Translations under genes and position numbers: made by a program | Notes under the pieces: model-generated | What the model was told of the DNA's origin: nothing | The model's input: only the letters and a program-made list of their open reading frames with translations | Database searches by the model: none | DNA from: Callorhinchus milii | Lineage: Eukaryota | Assembly (NCBI RefSeq): GCF_018977255.1 | Contig: NW_024704742.1 | Span: forward strand, 106,332,001 to 106,396,000 | DNA: 64,000 nucleotides | Reading direction: 5' to 3' | Part shown: positions 38,729 through 50,482 of the stretch, piece after piece | How the letters are laid out: every line of letters starts with the position of its first letter | Numbering within the stretch: position 1 is the stretch's first letter

Positions 38729-38871
38729 CAATTGCTGTGCGCAATTGGCTATCACGTTACACCCATAAAATACAGTCAATTCATTTTGCAGTGTATTCTG
38801 TGAAGTGCTTTGAAACGTCTCAATGACGTGACAATGCTTTAAATCAAATGGAAGGATTATTATCATTATTA
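38729..38871 (+). mobile_element. SINE 3' part
   Basis: TTGCTGTGCGCAATTGGCT...AAGGATTATTAT. Confidence 0.8.
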
Positions 38872-39064
38872 CTGTGGCTGGGGCAAGGGGAATGCAACTC
38901 ACAATGTGATAATTATCAAGAGTATTGATCGGCCACAAAATGTAGTCAAAAGTAATTGATAGTTACCATAGGCTGTGGAGGTGAAACTCCTTTGATTTTG
39001 ACACAATAATTGTGCCTGAAGACAGCTCAGAATTCTGACAGCTGCTATCTTCTGACGTTCGTCA

Positions 39065-39162
39065 TCAAAAATACAGTGGCACCACTTTACAGTAAATCCT
39101 GTGAAGCTATTTGAGACATGCTACCAATGTAAAAGGCACTATATCAAATATAAGGATTATTA
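39065..39162 (+). mobile_element. SINE 3' tail
   Basis: CACTTTACAGTAAATCCTGTGAAGC...GGCACTATATCAAATATAAGGATTATT. Confidence 0.7.
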
Positions 39163-39314
39163 AGGATTTCTGTCTGTGTTCTTATGCAGTATACTACTAC
39201 TGCTTAGTGTTAAACTGGCCTTTTTTTTCATTTTACCCTCTTAAATTCAAGCAATCTGACCAGAGAATACAGTAAAACTCACATAAATTGTATCAGACAG
39301 GACCATAACATTTA

Positions 39315-39670
39315 ATATGATTTACGTGAAGTCCAAGTTGCATGCAAACTTGTATAAATCATATACAATCCGATTTAATCAATAATCTACAGTGCGGATG
39401 CATATTTTAATACAGCTGGTAACTGCACATACAGTGATGGGTCAAGACTACACTTCCTTCAATTCAATGCATCTTGACCCCTCATCACACGTGTGCACTT
39501 ATACGCAAGCATCGGAATTACATTGAATCACGGGAAATGAATTTCTTCCATGCATCCAGCAACAGATCAAGACCACGTCTCCTGCGATTCAATTCAACTG
39601 GCCAGTAAGTGCACATGCGTCGACAGGTCAGAACATAATTTCCCGCGATTCAATGCAGCCGATAAGTGCC
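39315..39670. repeat. Module of degenerate ~55-bp repeats in both orientations, forming several hairpins
   Basis: Inverted pairs 39424-39447 / 39472-39497 and 39521-39538 / 39638-39655; imperfect palindrome 39315-39364. Confidence 0.7.
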
Positions 39671-40389
39671 AGAGCAATGGAGGATAGAGGAGCGGTGGGG
39701 CAAATATCTATGGTTCTATGGATTGAGTATGGAGTGGGTTTGGTGAGATTATTGCTGGATGCAATATATTGTCAATATTGTCCCAAATTGTTTTCTGAAA
39801 AAATAATGTTCCCTTATGCAATACATAGACAAACTTCTTAACAAAGCAGTGGTCAAAGCAAGGAAGTTTCAATTATTATTATTATTATTATTATTAGATC
39901 AAGGATGTCTGATTGTGCTGTTGAGACAGATAGAGCAGTATGCATATGTTGTATCTAAAAGATCCAATAATCACAAACATGGAAACACAGGTCAGTTTGT
40001 AAATAAAAGCACACCACACTGAATGGCTATTTAATCTTACTTTCTATGAAGTTGTTCTTAAAAACAAAATCGATCCTAACAATATGCAATGTCTCACAAT
40101 TTTAATTTTCAGTTCAATGAGAGGTTGAATGAAATGAATCCGCATGGTTCATGGGGTGAAGTAAAATATCTCCCACCATTAGTTATTCGATATGTCACAC
40201 TACAAGAATGTAACTTGGAGCCTAAGGTAAAAAAACTGCATACTTTATTGTAGTGAATATTTACCAGTAAAGGGATGTTTCTCCTTTTATTGATAACTTA
40301 CTTATAACCTTAAAACATTCAAAGTAAAATGAACACATTTCACAACTCTTTGTTTATCTGAGCCTTTTCACAATTTGGCCTTTGTTATC

Positions 40390-40722
40390 AAACTATTGAA
40401 CTTCAAATAAATAAATCCTTGCATTTGATATAGCGCCTTATCGCATTGTCAAACGTTTCAAAGTGCTGCACAGGAGTGCACACAAGTTAGTGACTGTGTA
40501 TTTGTAGGCGAAAATGACAGAACAGGCAGTCAGTACCTCAGTTTAACGTCTCATCCACACGTGCTTCGTGTGAGACGTTAATGTAGATGTTAATGCAGCA
40601 TTTTCCCAGGATTGTACTAGAGTGTCAGCCTAGACTATGAGCTCAAAGTCCCGATATGGTTCTTTTAACTCACAACCTTTTAACCAGAGGCAAAATTGCT
40701 ACCAATTGTGCCAGAATGACAC
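40390..40722 (-). mobile_element. Deu-type SINE with an internal deletion and fold-back
   Basis: Tail AATCCTTGCATTTGATATAGCGCC; head GAGTGTCAGCCTAGACTATGAGCTC...CACAACCTT. Confidence 0.82.
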
Positions 40723-41845
40723 GTTCTTGTATTAAGAAACAAACATTTTTTAGGAATATTGCAATTCATCCCCTATCAGTTTTTAAAAATTGACTTATTT
40801 TCACAAGATGCTGTATTCTTGGATATGTTTCAGCTTTTAGTCCTTTCCCTGATGTGGTGATGTGAGTGATAGTGACATAGGCATTGTTGGGGTTTAAATT
40901 TGGTGGTGGCACCAAATAGTATATACACTGTATGCAGCTGCCTGCCAGTTTCAATTGCTTCCAGTGTGGGTTAGAAATGTGTAGTTTTGAACTGAGCTCA
41001 GAAGAAGGGATAGGATGGTGCATCTACTCCCCTGTGCATCCAGGCTGCAAAACAATGGAAATAATTTTACAGTCAGGTAGATTATGGGGTCTACAATATG
41101 ATATTCTTCAATTAGATTTATTGCGTTAATTCCCACCTGCATTTTTTCCCTTTCATTTCATGTTAGGTAAACTTCTCTTAAGTACTTCAGAGGATTTACT
41201 GTAAAGTGTAGTGACTGTTTATTTTGTAGATGAACATGGTTGTTGACTTGCCAGATTTTCATGATGTCTGATCCCGAATCCAAAACTCCACAAACAGTTT
41301 GGAAGACAATACACTTCTGAATGTAATGGAACAACTACTGTTGACTGTCATTGACTGTTGTTGACTGCTGTGTTTTATTTCATACATGCAGATAGTGGCT
41401 TGACAGCTTTCCGATTGAAAAAAATTGTCACGCTTGTTCTCTGGTTAATAAACATAAATGTCAACCACTTTCAACGTTCAAGAATGAGTACTGAAGTAGG
41501 AGAAAAACAGTTTACCATCTATTTCAGTATTATCCATAGTTATTTTGCTGTTTACAGCATCAAAGAAGAAAATTAGTTCTTTCTTGGGAGAGGGGATAGA
41601 TTCTGAATGTGCACTTTACACTCTCCACTGCTGGTTCCTCTGAAATATGCTTGGCTTGTGGCACCGACCAATTTGTAACAGTAAATTTGGTTCTTCAGTC
41701 TGGTGGAAAATTTTGTAGAAGAGGAGAGGTTTGTGTTGGAGCCCTATCAAAACTATTTATTAGCAGGTCTGAATCAAACAGCGATGGGGATTCCTTAGAC
41801 TGAAAGGAAACAGACACCAAGGTCATGAAGAAAATTCACATGCCC

Positions 41846-42985
41846 ACCGAGGGTAGCGTCTCAGAGCGTTTAACAGTGGTGGAGCCTGACTCCGACCTGG
41901 AGGGGAGGGGGTAGGTGGCCGTAAGCACTTTTCACTTTTCACCGAAAGTTTTCAGGCAGCACGACCTCCGATGGTGGGGAAGAGGGTGCGAGGGCTGAGC
42001 AGGAGACTTGGGCCAGTCAAGCGGAGGCCCTGGGTAGTGGATTGGGGAATGAGGACATCAGAGAGGTAAAGAGGTGCCAGAGAGTGAATGGATTTGAGCA
42101 CGAATATGAGGATCTTGAAGTAGATGCGTTCAGTGATGGGGAGCCAGTGGAGCCTGGCCAGAACTGGTGAGTTTGTTCTGGATCTGTACGTGGGCGGCAA
42201 AGTTCTGAATGAGCTGGATCTTGTGAATGGTGGAGCTGGGGAAACCAGTGAGGAGTGCGTTTGAGTAATCCAAGTGGGAGGTGACAAACGCATGCATGAG
42301 AGTTTCGGCTGCATTTGGGGTAAGGTACAGTCAGAGGCGGGCAATGTGGTGGAGGTGAAAGAATGCAGTCCTGGTCAGGGACCGGATGTGGGGGAGGAAG
42401 AACCCAGTTGGAGGTCGAACAGGACGCCAAGATTGAGCACTGGTTTGGTGAGTCTGAGGGAGAACCCAGGGAGGTTGAAGAGTTCAGATCCACAGAAGTG
42501 AAGATGTTGCCAGGAGCCAAGGAGTATGGCATCCATCTGGTCCATATTCAGCTGCAGGAACTTTGCACTCATCCAAGCCTTGATGTCTGCAGACAAGAAC
42601 ATTGGCGGACCTGGAGTTGGTACTGGAGGAGGCAAAGTAGATTTGTGTGTCATCCACATACACGTGGAAGTTTACCCCGTAACTGTGGATGACCATCGCC
42701 CAGAGGGAGCATATAGATAAGGAAAAGAAGAGGGCCAAGGATAGAACCCTGAGCTAACCCAAGGTGACCGAGCGGGGGAGGGAGGAGAAACCATTTGATG
42801 AGATGAAATGGAGGTGAACCATGTGAGTGCGGTCTCACTAAGTAGATGAGGGAGGAGAGCCGATGGAGGAGGATGTCGTGGTCGACTCTGTCAAACGCGG
42901 CAGAGAGATCCAGGAGGAAGAGGAGGCAGAGGGAGCCCTGGTCACAGATAGAGAGAATGTCGTTTGTGACTCCATTAGGACTTAA
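41846..42985 (-). mobile_element. L2-B LINE, 5'-truncated (RT and C-terminus, frameshifted)
   Basis: LLDLSAAFDRVDH, QGSILGPLLFLIYMLPLG, FHVYVDDTQIY and LHWLPITERIYFKI peptides. Confidence 0.93.
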
Positions 42986-43101
42986 CTGTAATTTCTGCCA
43001 TTGCAACACTTGAGAAATAGAAATAAGAGAGAAAATGAAATGCAAGACGGATAAAAGTATTTTTTGAAAGACGGCCAGCTATTTAAGTCAATCCCTTCCA
43101 G

Positions 43102-43118
43102 ATGCCATCTGCTGACAG
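43102..43118 (-). promoter_or_regulatory. Candidate CTCF motif
   Basis: Reverse complement CTGTCAGCAGATGGCAT resembles the CTCF core; a weaker partial copy follows at ~43123. Confidence 0.25.
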
Positions 43119-43711
43119 GAGTCTGCCATCTGGCAATATCAGGGGAGGGAAATATTGAGTGCCGCTGAGAAAATGGTGCCACACAGGTACAGATGTGACC
43201 CAACAAGCTGGGTGCTCCTTTGTAGATACATGGTGCTGTAATTCAAAAGCAACATTTTTTTTTAATTGTTTTTCAGTTGGAGAACACAGGTATCTAGACA
43301 CAGTGGTTTTACTATGAATGTGTGTTGGCATTTTTTCTTCAAATTATGTGCATTAATAATAACATGTTAGCACCATCATAATCTGAACTGTGTGATATCA
43401 CAATGATGCTAACAATCATTAAAATGAAGCTTCAAACAAACCAAGGTGGGTACGGAGCAGCAAGTGTCAGATCTGTGAACACTGGGGCCAAATAATACCT
43501 ATTCAGTCCAAGAGATGCTTAACTACAAGCCCCTGAAGTGGCAGCATAACATATCTGAGATGAAAATTACATCCTTATCCCAAAAGACTTCCTTAGTCAA
43601 CATAACGTAATTGCATTCAAAACAAATGCAAGCTCCCAGGTCAGGTGAAGTGGAAGATGAACCAACACACCACTGTAGCCGACGTACTTCAGAGAACAAT
43701 ACAATATAGTA

Positions 43712-43912
43712 AAAATTGATATTTATATAGCGCCTTTCACATCCCAAAGCACTTGACATTACAGTCTGGGCACCCCAGCTGGGAGTGGGTGCCGAAGGGG
43801 GTGGGACATGAAACAGGCCAGTGATACCTAAATGAAGGGAGCATCCAGATTGGTAGGATTGAAAGAGGTCACAGTCGTAGGGTAGAGCAAAATGTGGAGG
43901 GATTTAAAAGTA
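43712..43912 (-). mobile_element. Decayed L2 3' fragment
   Basis: ATTTATATAGCGCCTTTCACATCCCAAAGCAC tail followed by a G-rich L2-like body. Confidence 0.55.
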
Positions 43913-44243
43913 AGCAGTGTTTCCAGCCAAATTCATAGTCAATTCCCAGATATCTTTGAGCATCAAGAGGTCATTTAGGTTCATTTAAAAAATATTGCCC
44001 CTTGATAATTAGTTAATTAGATGGTACTATTTTCTCATCAGTTAGTAGCTATTTATTCCTGGAATAAACTGGATGGTATCAATTCAAAGAATCCAGTTCT
44101 TGGATTGGATGACACCTTGGATGATATCCAAGGGAAACTGATGGCACATTTTACTCTGGTCAGTTCAGTTGAAACGGATCTTTGCCAAATGAGTTCTCTT
44201 TTCACCAACTCTCCAGAGATTCTCTGAAGTCTTTAATTAGACT

Positions 44244-44311
44244 AATAATAATCCTTGAATTTGATGTAGCGCTTTTCATGTCTTCTAGACGTCTCAAAGC
44301 GCTTCACAGAA
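44244..44311 (-). mobile_element. SINE tail
   Basis: AATAATCCTTGAATTTGATGTAGCGCTTTTCATGTCTTCTAGACGTCTCAAAGCGC. Confidence 0.8.
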
Positions 44312-44989
44312 TAATTGACTCTGTAATCATGGATGTAGGCTCTGCATTAACAATCAGTGTAGAGGAACAATATCGAGACCTGCCTTATGTGGTATCTGCT
44401 GAAAACTTCAGTTGTATTGTCCCATTGGGGTTCACTATTTGGTGAGTCTGCTTATGAGTATCATGATACATTCCACGCCTATGGAGCTATGGAATTCAAG
44501 GGAGTACATGGTTCTTCTTGCCCTCTGCTCTCTACTGCACAAACTTTATAGCCAGTGATTCCTGTTCTCCCTGGCATTTGCAGACACTAAAGAAGAGTCA
44601 TGAATGGAGGGAATAGTATATATTTAGAATGCTGATCCTCACAAAACGGAAATTAATGCTGGAGTTCAACAGAGAAAAAAATTGCTTGCGTAGCAATATT
44701 TTGTAAATAAAATGTCAGTTGGCATGCAATTAATGTAGTGATGTTTGTACTGGATATTTTTGCAAAGAGAAAAATTCAATTTGGTTGTAAATTAATTTAA
44801 AGCAAGACTGGAACTCGAAATTGAACACAAAAACACATTAGTAATTCACTTAGCAGCGATGTCCCACTAATACCAATTGGAAAACATAATCCCATGTCTA
44901 GATTTATTTATAGTCTTAAATTGGATCTCAGGCAGAATATCAGGACTTAATAGATACAATTCTTTGTTTTAAAATTAGCCACTTTCATT

Positions 44990-45436
44990 CAATAATAATC
45001 CTTGCAGTTGCTATAGTGCCATATTATGCCAAAGCACTTCACAGGAATTACATAAACAACAACAAATTACATTTGTATATTGACTTTCATGTTGGTTGGA
45101 CGTCCTAAGGCGTTGGACAGTTAGGGATTTGGGCCTGAGCTGGCAGTTGGGATCAGGAGGGTTGGGGGACAGGGAGTGTAGGGCAGGAGGGTAACCAAAG
45201 GTGCAGTTGAAGAGGAGGGTCTTGAGATGTATAGTGTAAAGTGTAATGACTGTATTTCGTGGGCAAACACAACAGCAATAGTATTTTTAACAGCCACCTA
45301 AACAGGCAGACAGGACTTCAGTTTAATGATTAATCTGAAGGATCACACCTCTGACAATACAATGCTCCCTCAGCACTACATTGGTGTGGCAACCTAGACG
45401 ATAAGCTCCGCGTTCTGACACAGGGCTTGAACATAC

Positions 45437-45467
<31 letters not shown>

Positions 45468-45486
45468 ACCTGTGCCAGATTGACAC
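44990..45486 (-). mobile_element. Deu-type SINE split by an L2-A insertion
   Basis: Tail at 44990-45050; body and head at 45232-45486. Confidence 0.8.
45053..45230 (-). mobile_element. L2-A 3' end nested in the SINE
   Basis: (CAA)n AATTACATTTGTAT...GAAGAGGAGGGTCTTGAGAT. Confidence 0.82.
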
Positions 45487-46711
45487 CTGGGCAGATATGT
45501 GATGCTGTTAACATTGTTTCTTTGCGATAAAAAGGTTTGGCTTTTCAATCACAATGATCAATGATCAATGATCAATGAAGTGATACTGAACAACATTTTA
45601 CACTGTCACCTAATGGAAGTTCTGAAAACTTTGGATCAGTTGTATTCCCTACCACTGTGTCAAATGGGGGTTGGGGGGCTAATGGGTTGGATTCATTTCA
45701 ACGACAACCTTTAGTTCTCTGCTACAAATTGCTATGCATCTTAACAGATGTAATGTGTTAATCAACACATCAAGAATCTGTTAATAAACACTGCAATTTG
45801 CACCCCGTTATTTGTCCGGGTTTTCTTTCCTTTCAGTCAGCAGATATAACAATCAAGGCCAGTACTGAAGCTATCCTCTGTACATAATGGATAGTGTCCA
45901 ATATCAAGGGGAGAACCAAGCGTTTATCAGGAGCAGAAAGTCTTGAATAAATTTCATCGAAATCTCAGACTACACATTTACTAAAATTGCTGTGCAGCAG
46001 TGCAGTAAGAACTGTCACTGATAATGTCCTGTCATGCAGAAGCGACAACATCTGTGCAGCAATGATTCGTAGTTGTAGATATAAATCAAATTGAAAAAAT
46101 TAAACTGCATCATGAAATTTCTGATTTCATACAACACTACACCAGAATCTTTTCAAGCACTAATTGCTGTAACTGCAAACTGAAATTGAAAGCCAGCATT
46201 AATGGTGCTGGTAACATCAGTACACATTCTTTCATATTAAAAACATTATGTTTCCTTCATCAGATGATTATATGTTTCAGTGGGAGTGAAGTGCTTATTT
46301 AATTAACTGACTATAGCTATGCATGGGTAACGAGAGATTCCGTGCTGTTAAGGTGCTGTCTGGTGTATTTATCCTGCATGTATGAAGGGGACTGAATAAC
46401 TCACAAGTGCCACAAATTCAGTGAGTTGTATAGATTTTCCACCCCCATCTGCGATAAATATTGTCTTGATCACCTGCACCGCAATTATTCAGTTCCTATC
46501 GTAAATGTGATTTAAAATATTGGCTTTTGTGTACTAATTACTAATTATTATTATTATTAAGCAGGTATACATGGTTATTTGGTCATGCTGCATCTTGTTA
46601 CTTTGAATCTGTTCTTAGGGAGAACAACAGAAAGGTCCCAGAGCCTTTCTCACAGTCACAATGCACTGATTTATTGGCACAATTGTATAAATGCAATTGT
46701 GTGAAGAAGCT

Positions 46712-48083
46712 TTTGTCCTGAAAGTATTATGTAGGAGATTTTTTTATTTACAAGATGGAAGAACTTCAATGGAGTCTTTTCTCATCCCTGACTTTTCATG
46801 TGTTCTTGTGTCAGTAAGAGGACATTGGTGAGTGGGCTACAGGATCCGGGAGCTAAATGTGGTTATCTAACATTCCCCCAGCTCAGCCTGCTCCAGGAAC
46901 CTTAAACAGATTCAAATGAATTTTGGGGGTGGTGTGGGATGAAAAATGTGATGGTTCTTAGCAGATTTGATGTCTTAATCTTTCAGATCCTTTTTGAAAC
47001 ATCACCTTTTTCCACCTCTATATTTTTCTGATTATTTTCCTTTTCCATTTTAATTGGGACCACTACAATTTTCGAGAATGCTTTGCAGTGGTGATTTGCC
47101 ACGGTATTAGAAATCACAATTTAGGTTAAACATTTGGATCATGTACAGAGCCAGAACATTATTATATTTTAATCATTTGTCATGAAGCTGGTTCAATGTT
47201 TTCAACCTGTGAATCATTTGAACTGTAAATATTGTAAAATGTATGAATAGAGTATAAAGCTGAACAGCACCTGCTCACCTCTTCATTTCTTTATTCATAG
47301 AATTATACAGCAAAAAGGAGGCCATTCGGCCCATCGTGTCTTTGCCATTTGTTCAGTTACCCCTGAACATTGCTTTCAAATAGAACATGCTTCTTCATTA
47401 TCAATAGGGCCCTGTTGTACCATATTGATGCAATACATATGCATTGCCCACAAATCCCAGGCCTTCAAATTTAAACCTCCTTCTTGAAAAATATAAAAAT
47501 AAAAAGGATGAGGATTTTGATTTCCACTGTTTGATTTAATGCTAAACTTAACAATAAACCTATTCCAAAAGATGATTATTTAAATTGACTGGAATCAAGG
47601 CTATTTTACTGAATAATAATAGTACATTCATTTGGTATGGTGCTTTTCTTGTCAAGAGGATGTTTCGAAGCGATTCATACATAAAGCTTAGTGACTGCAT
47701 TTTTGTCGGCAAACGCGGCAGTCAATTTGCACACAGCAATGTCTCACAAACAGCCATTAAATGAACGACCAATTTTATCTGGGGGATTGTTGGACAGGAC
47801 ACTAGGAGAATCTCCTTTTTTTTCAAAGAGTGCCATGGGATGTTAAACATTTACCTGATGAGGTAGAAAGGAGCTTGGATTAACTCTCAACTGACAGATG
47901 GTATTTCTGACAATGGAGCTCTTGTCCTGAAGTATTATGTTGGAGATTTTTTTATTTACAAGATAGAAGAACTTCAGTAGAGCATGTAGGCTTTTCTCAT
48001 CCCTGACTTTTCAAGAGTTCTTTTTATCAGTGAGAGGTCAATGGTGAGTGGGCTACAGGATCTTGGAGCTCAATGTAGTTATT
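46712..48083 (+). repeat. Direct duplication of about 155 bp (46712-46866 vs 47921-48083)
   Basis: GGAGATTTTTTTATTTACAAGAT, CTTTTCTCATCCCTGACTTTTCA and TGGTGAGTGGGCTACAGGATC occur in both copies. Confidence 0.92.
47295..47345 (-). mobile_element. CR1 3' tail remnant
   Basis: CATAGAATTATACAGCAAAAAGGAGGCCATTCGGCCCATCG. Confidence 0.7.
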
Positions 48084-48212
48084 GCAATAGGGCACTGTAA
48101 TAAACCATCAGCCTCAACTGTGTGAGTACAAAGTCCCGACAAGTACAAAGTTTGAACCAACAAACTTCTGATTCAGAGGTAAGAATGCTACTCAATTGAC
48201 TAGCACTGTCAC
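47612..48212 (-). mobile_element. Deu-type SINE carrying a copy of its flanking DNA
   Basis: SINE 3' part 47612-47920 and head part 48084-48212 surround the duplicated segment. Confidence 0.85.
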
Positions 48213-48254
48213 AGAGCTTATCTGAAAATAGTCACAGCTCTGAGAATACAAATC

Positions 48255-48575
48255 CTTATTATTACATTGGATATAGATTTGCAGTTCCAGCTAACAAAGG
48301 AAAAACAGCTTACATTTTGATAGCATTTTATCAGGTCGAAATACTCTGAAACAGTTTTCAAGGAATTACCGTCAAGTCCAGTGATCATTTTTGTAGGCAA
48401 AAGTGGCAGCCATTTAAACCACCAAGGCCTAACAGTCCACAAGAGGTAAATGAGGGATTAATGGCCAGGCCACAAGGAGAAACTCCCTTCTCATTTTCAA
48501 AATAGTATAAAGGGATCTTTATTATCCACCTGAACTGGCAGATTGGGCCTCCTGTTAAATGTCTCATCTGGAAGA
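48255..48575 (-). mobile_element. Deu-type SINE, 5'-truncated
   Basis: GGAGAAACTCCCTTCTC...GGGATCTTTATTATCCACCTGAAC...TGTCTCATCTG. Confidence 0.75.
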
Positions 48576-49079
48576 TTTTATACAGTTTGGATATTTTTCT
48601 CAAATGGCCCATTTATATGGAGAAAGGCTGGTATATATAACAATCGGTTTACACTACTGGCAGTTACTACTTCCACATTTTACAATGTTGCAATAGGCTA
48701 ACATTGAAAATGCTGCCAGCAAAAATGACCTCAGCTGAGTGTTTTATATACAATAGCATTTCCTCATATAAATGGGTCATTGCAGAAAATGAGTTTAATA
48801 TCAAACTGAGCTCCATCATTCGCAGACTGAGTAAAATGTGTTATATGTGGAGATGGGTTCAAATAAGTAAAATTGTAAACCAGGTTTCAGAAAGCTTTGA
48901 GTTAAATTGAGAAACGTTCAGCCACCAATGAATGGTAATTGTGTACTAATAATACTCCTAAATAAGGAAAAAAGCAAAACAAGACACCTTTTCAACAATA
49001 TGAATGGGTAAAATACAACGTTAGGGAGTTTGGTCTAGTGCATAATGGGCAAGATTTCCTCATTGATTGATAACTAGCA

Positions 49080-49365
49080 ATAATAATAATACTAACAATT
49101 TCATAAATAATTCAGTGTCAGATCACATCGTTGAAATGTTTCAAAGCAATTCATAGGAAATTGTGTATAGGTAGATGAACATGGCAGCAAATTTGTGCAC
49201 AGCAATGTCCCACAAACAATGTTATGATTGATCGGTTTTATCTAGGGGATTATTAACGAGGACTACAGAAGAAACTCCCTTCTCTTTGCAAGCAGTGCCG
49301 AGGGATCTGCAATATCCACCTGTGTAGGCAGTCAGGATTCAGTTTAATGTCTCATCTAAAGGACA
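49080..49365 (-). mobile_element. Deu-type SINE, 5'-truncated
   Basis: CACAGCAATGTCCCACAAAC...GTTTAATGTCTCATCTAAAGGAC. Confidence 0.8.
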
Positions 49366-49764
49366 ATTTTATTTCTCTGCAGCTTTTACAATTTTCCAAA
49401 CTCCCCAGCTGAAGCTGTTATGATGTGAACAATGTGCTCAAATACCATTTTGTAACATCCATCCATCACTTGCACAGGAGCCAAGTGCACAGTTGCTCGT
49501 TTTGCAGAGTTCATGCAAGGTCACTAAAAATAAAAAGTTGAGGGGTAGATGCAAGGACGATAGTGCACATTGTTTCCACATTGTGCAGTCCCAGTAATGC
49601 AAGGCTATGCTTCAAAGTCATATATTTTCCTTTTTTTACAATGTATGAATAAATGACAATATTTCCTTTCCTCCCCCCATCTGCCAAACCTCAGAGCTTT
49701 ATCGTGATCATAAGATGTTGATGGTTAACAAGAACTAACACATCTAATCACAAATGTGGCTAGG

Positions 49765-50450
49765 ATTTACATAGCACAGAAACAGGTCATTTGGCCCAAT
49801 CAGTCCATGCCGTTGTTTATACTCCACTTGAATCTCCACCTACTCCTTACTGTCTCCCATACCCTCTATTCCCTTCTCCCTAATGTGGATATACAGCTTC
49901 CTCTTAAATGCATCTGCACTATCTGATTCAACCACTGCTACGGGCAGCAAGTTCCACATTTTCACTACCCTCTGTGTGAAGAAGTTCCTCCCAAATTCTC
50001 GTTTTGATCCCCTAGTTGCTATCTTATATATGTGTCCCCTGGTTACAGACTACAACCAGTGGAAATAACTGATATATGTTAACATTAATGACCTATTTTA
50101 TAATTTCAAATTGGTCTCCTGTGTTCCCATCTAGTGACAAAAGGCCTAACCTATCCAATCTTTCCTGATAGTAGTAACCTGCCAGCCCTAGTTAATCTAT
50201 GCTATACTCTTTCCACCACTGCTATTTCCTTTTTTGTCATGTGTTGGCCAGATTACTGGACACAGTACTCCAAATGTGATCTAACCAGATTTTATACAAA
50301 TTCAACATCACCTCTTCACTTTTACACTCTAGCCCTCGGAATATAAAGCCCAAGACTCCTTTGGCCTTTTTGATGGCATTATTTACCTGTGTTGCTACTT
50401 TTAAAATGTTGTGGATCTAAATTCCTAGATTCTTTGCTCCCCGACTACTC
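49765..50450 (-). mobile_element. CR1 LINE, 3' part
   Basis: CR1 tail (CATAGCACAGAAACAGGTCATTTGGCCC); CTCTGTGTGAAGAAG (FFTQR) and GGACACAGTACTCCA (LEYCVQ) on the minus strand. Confidence 0.85.
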
Positions 50451-50482
50451 TTACATTCCTACTAACTTGGCTATATATGTAT

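Noticed and set aside
45553..45578. Short tandem repeats ((AATGATC)n here; also 1498-1547 and 62933-62980)
   Set aside because: Simple slippage duplications with no spacers; not CRISPR-like.
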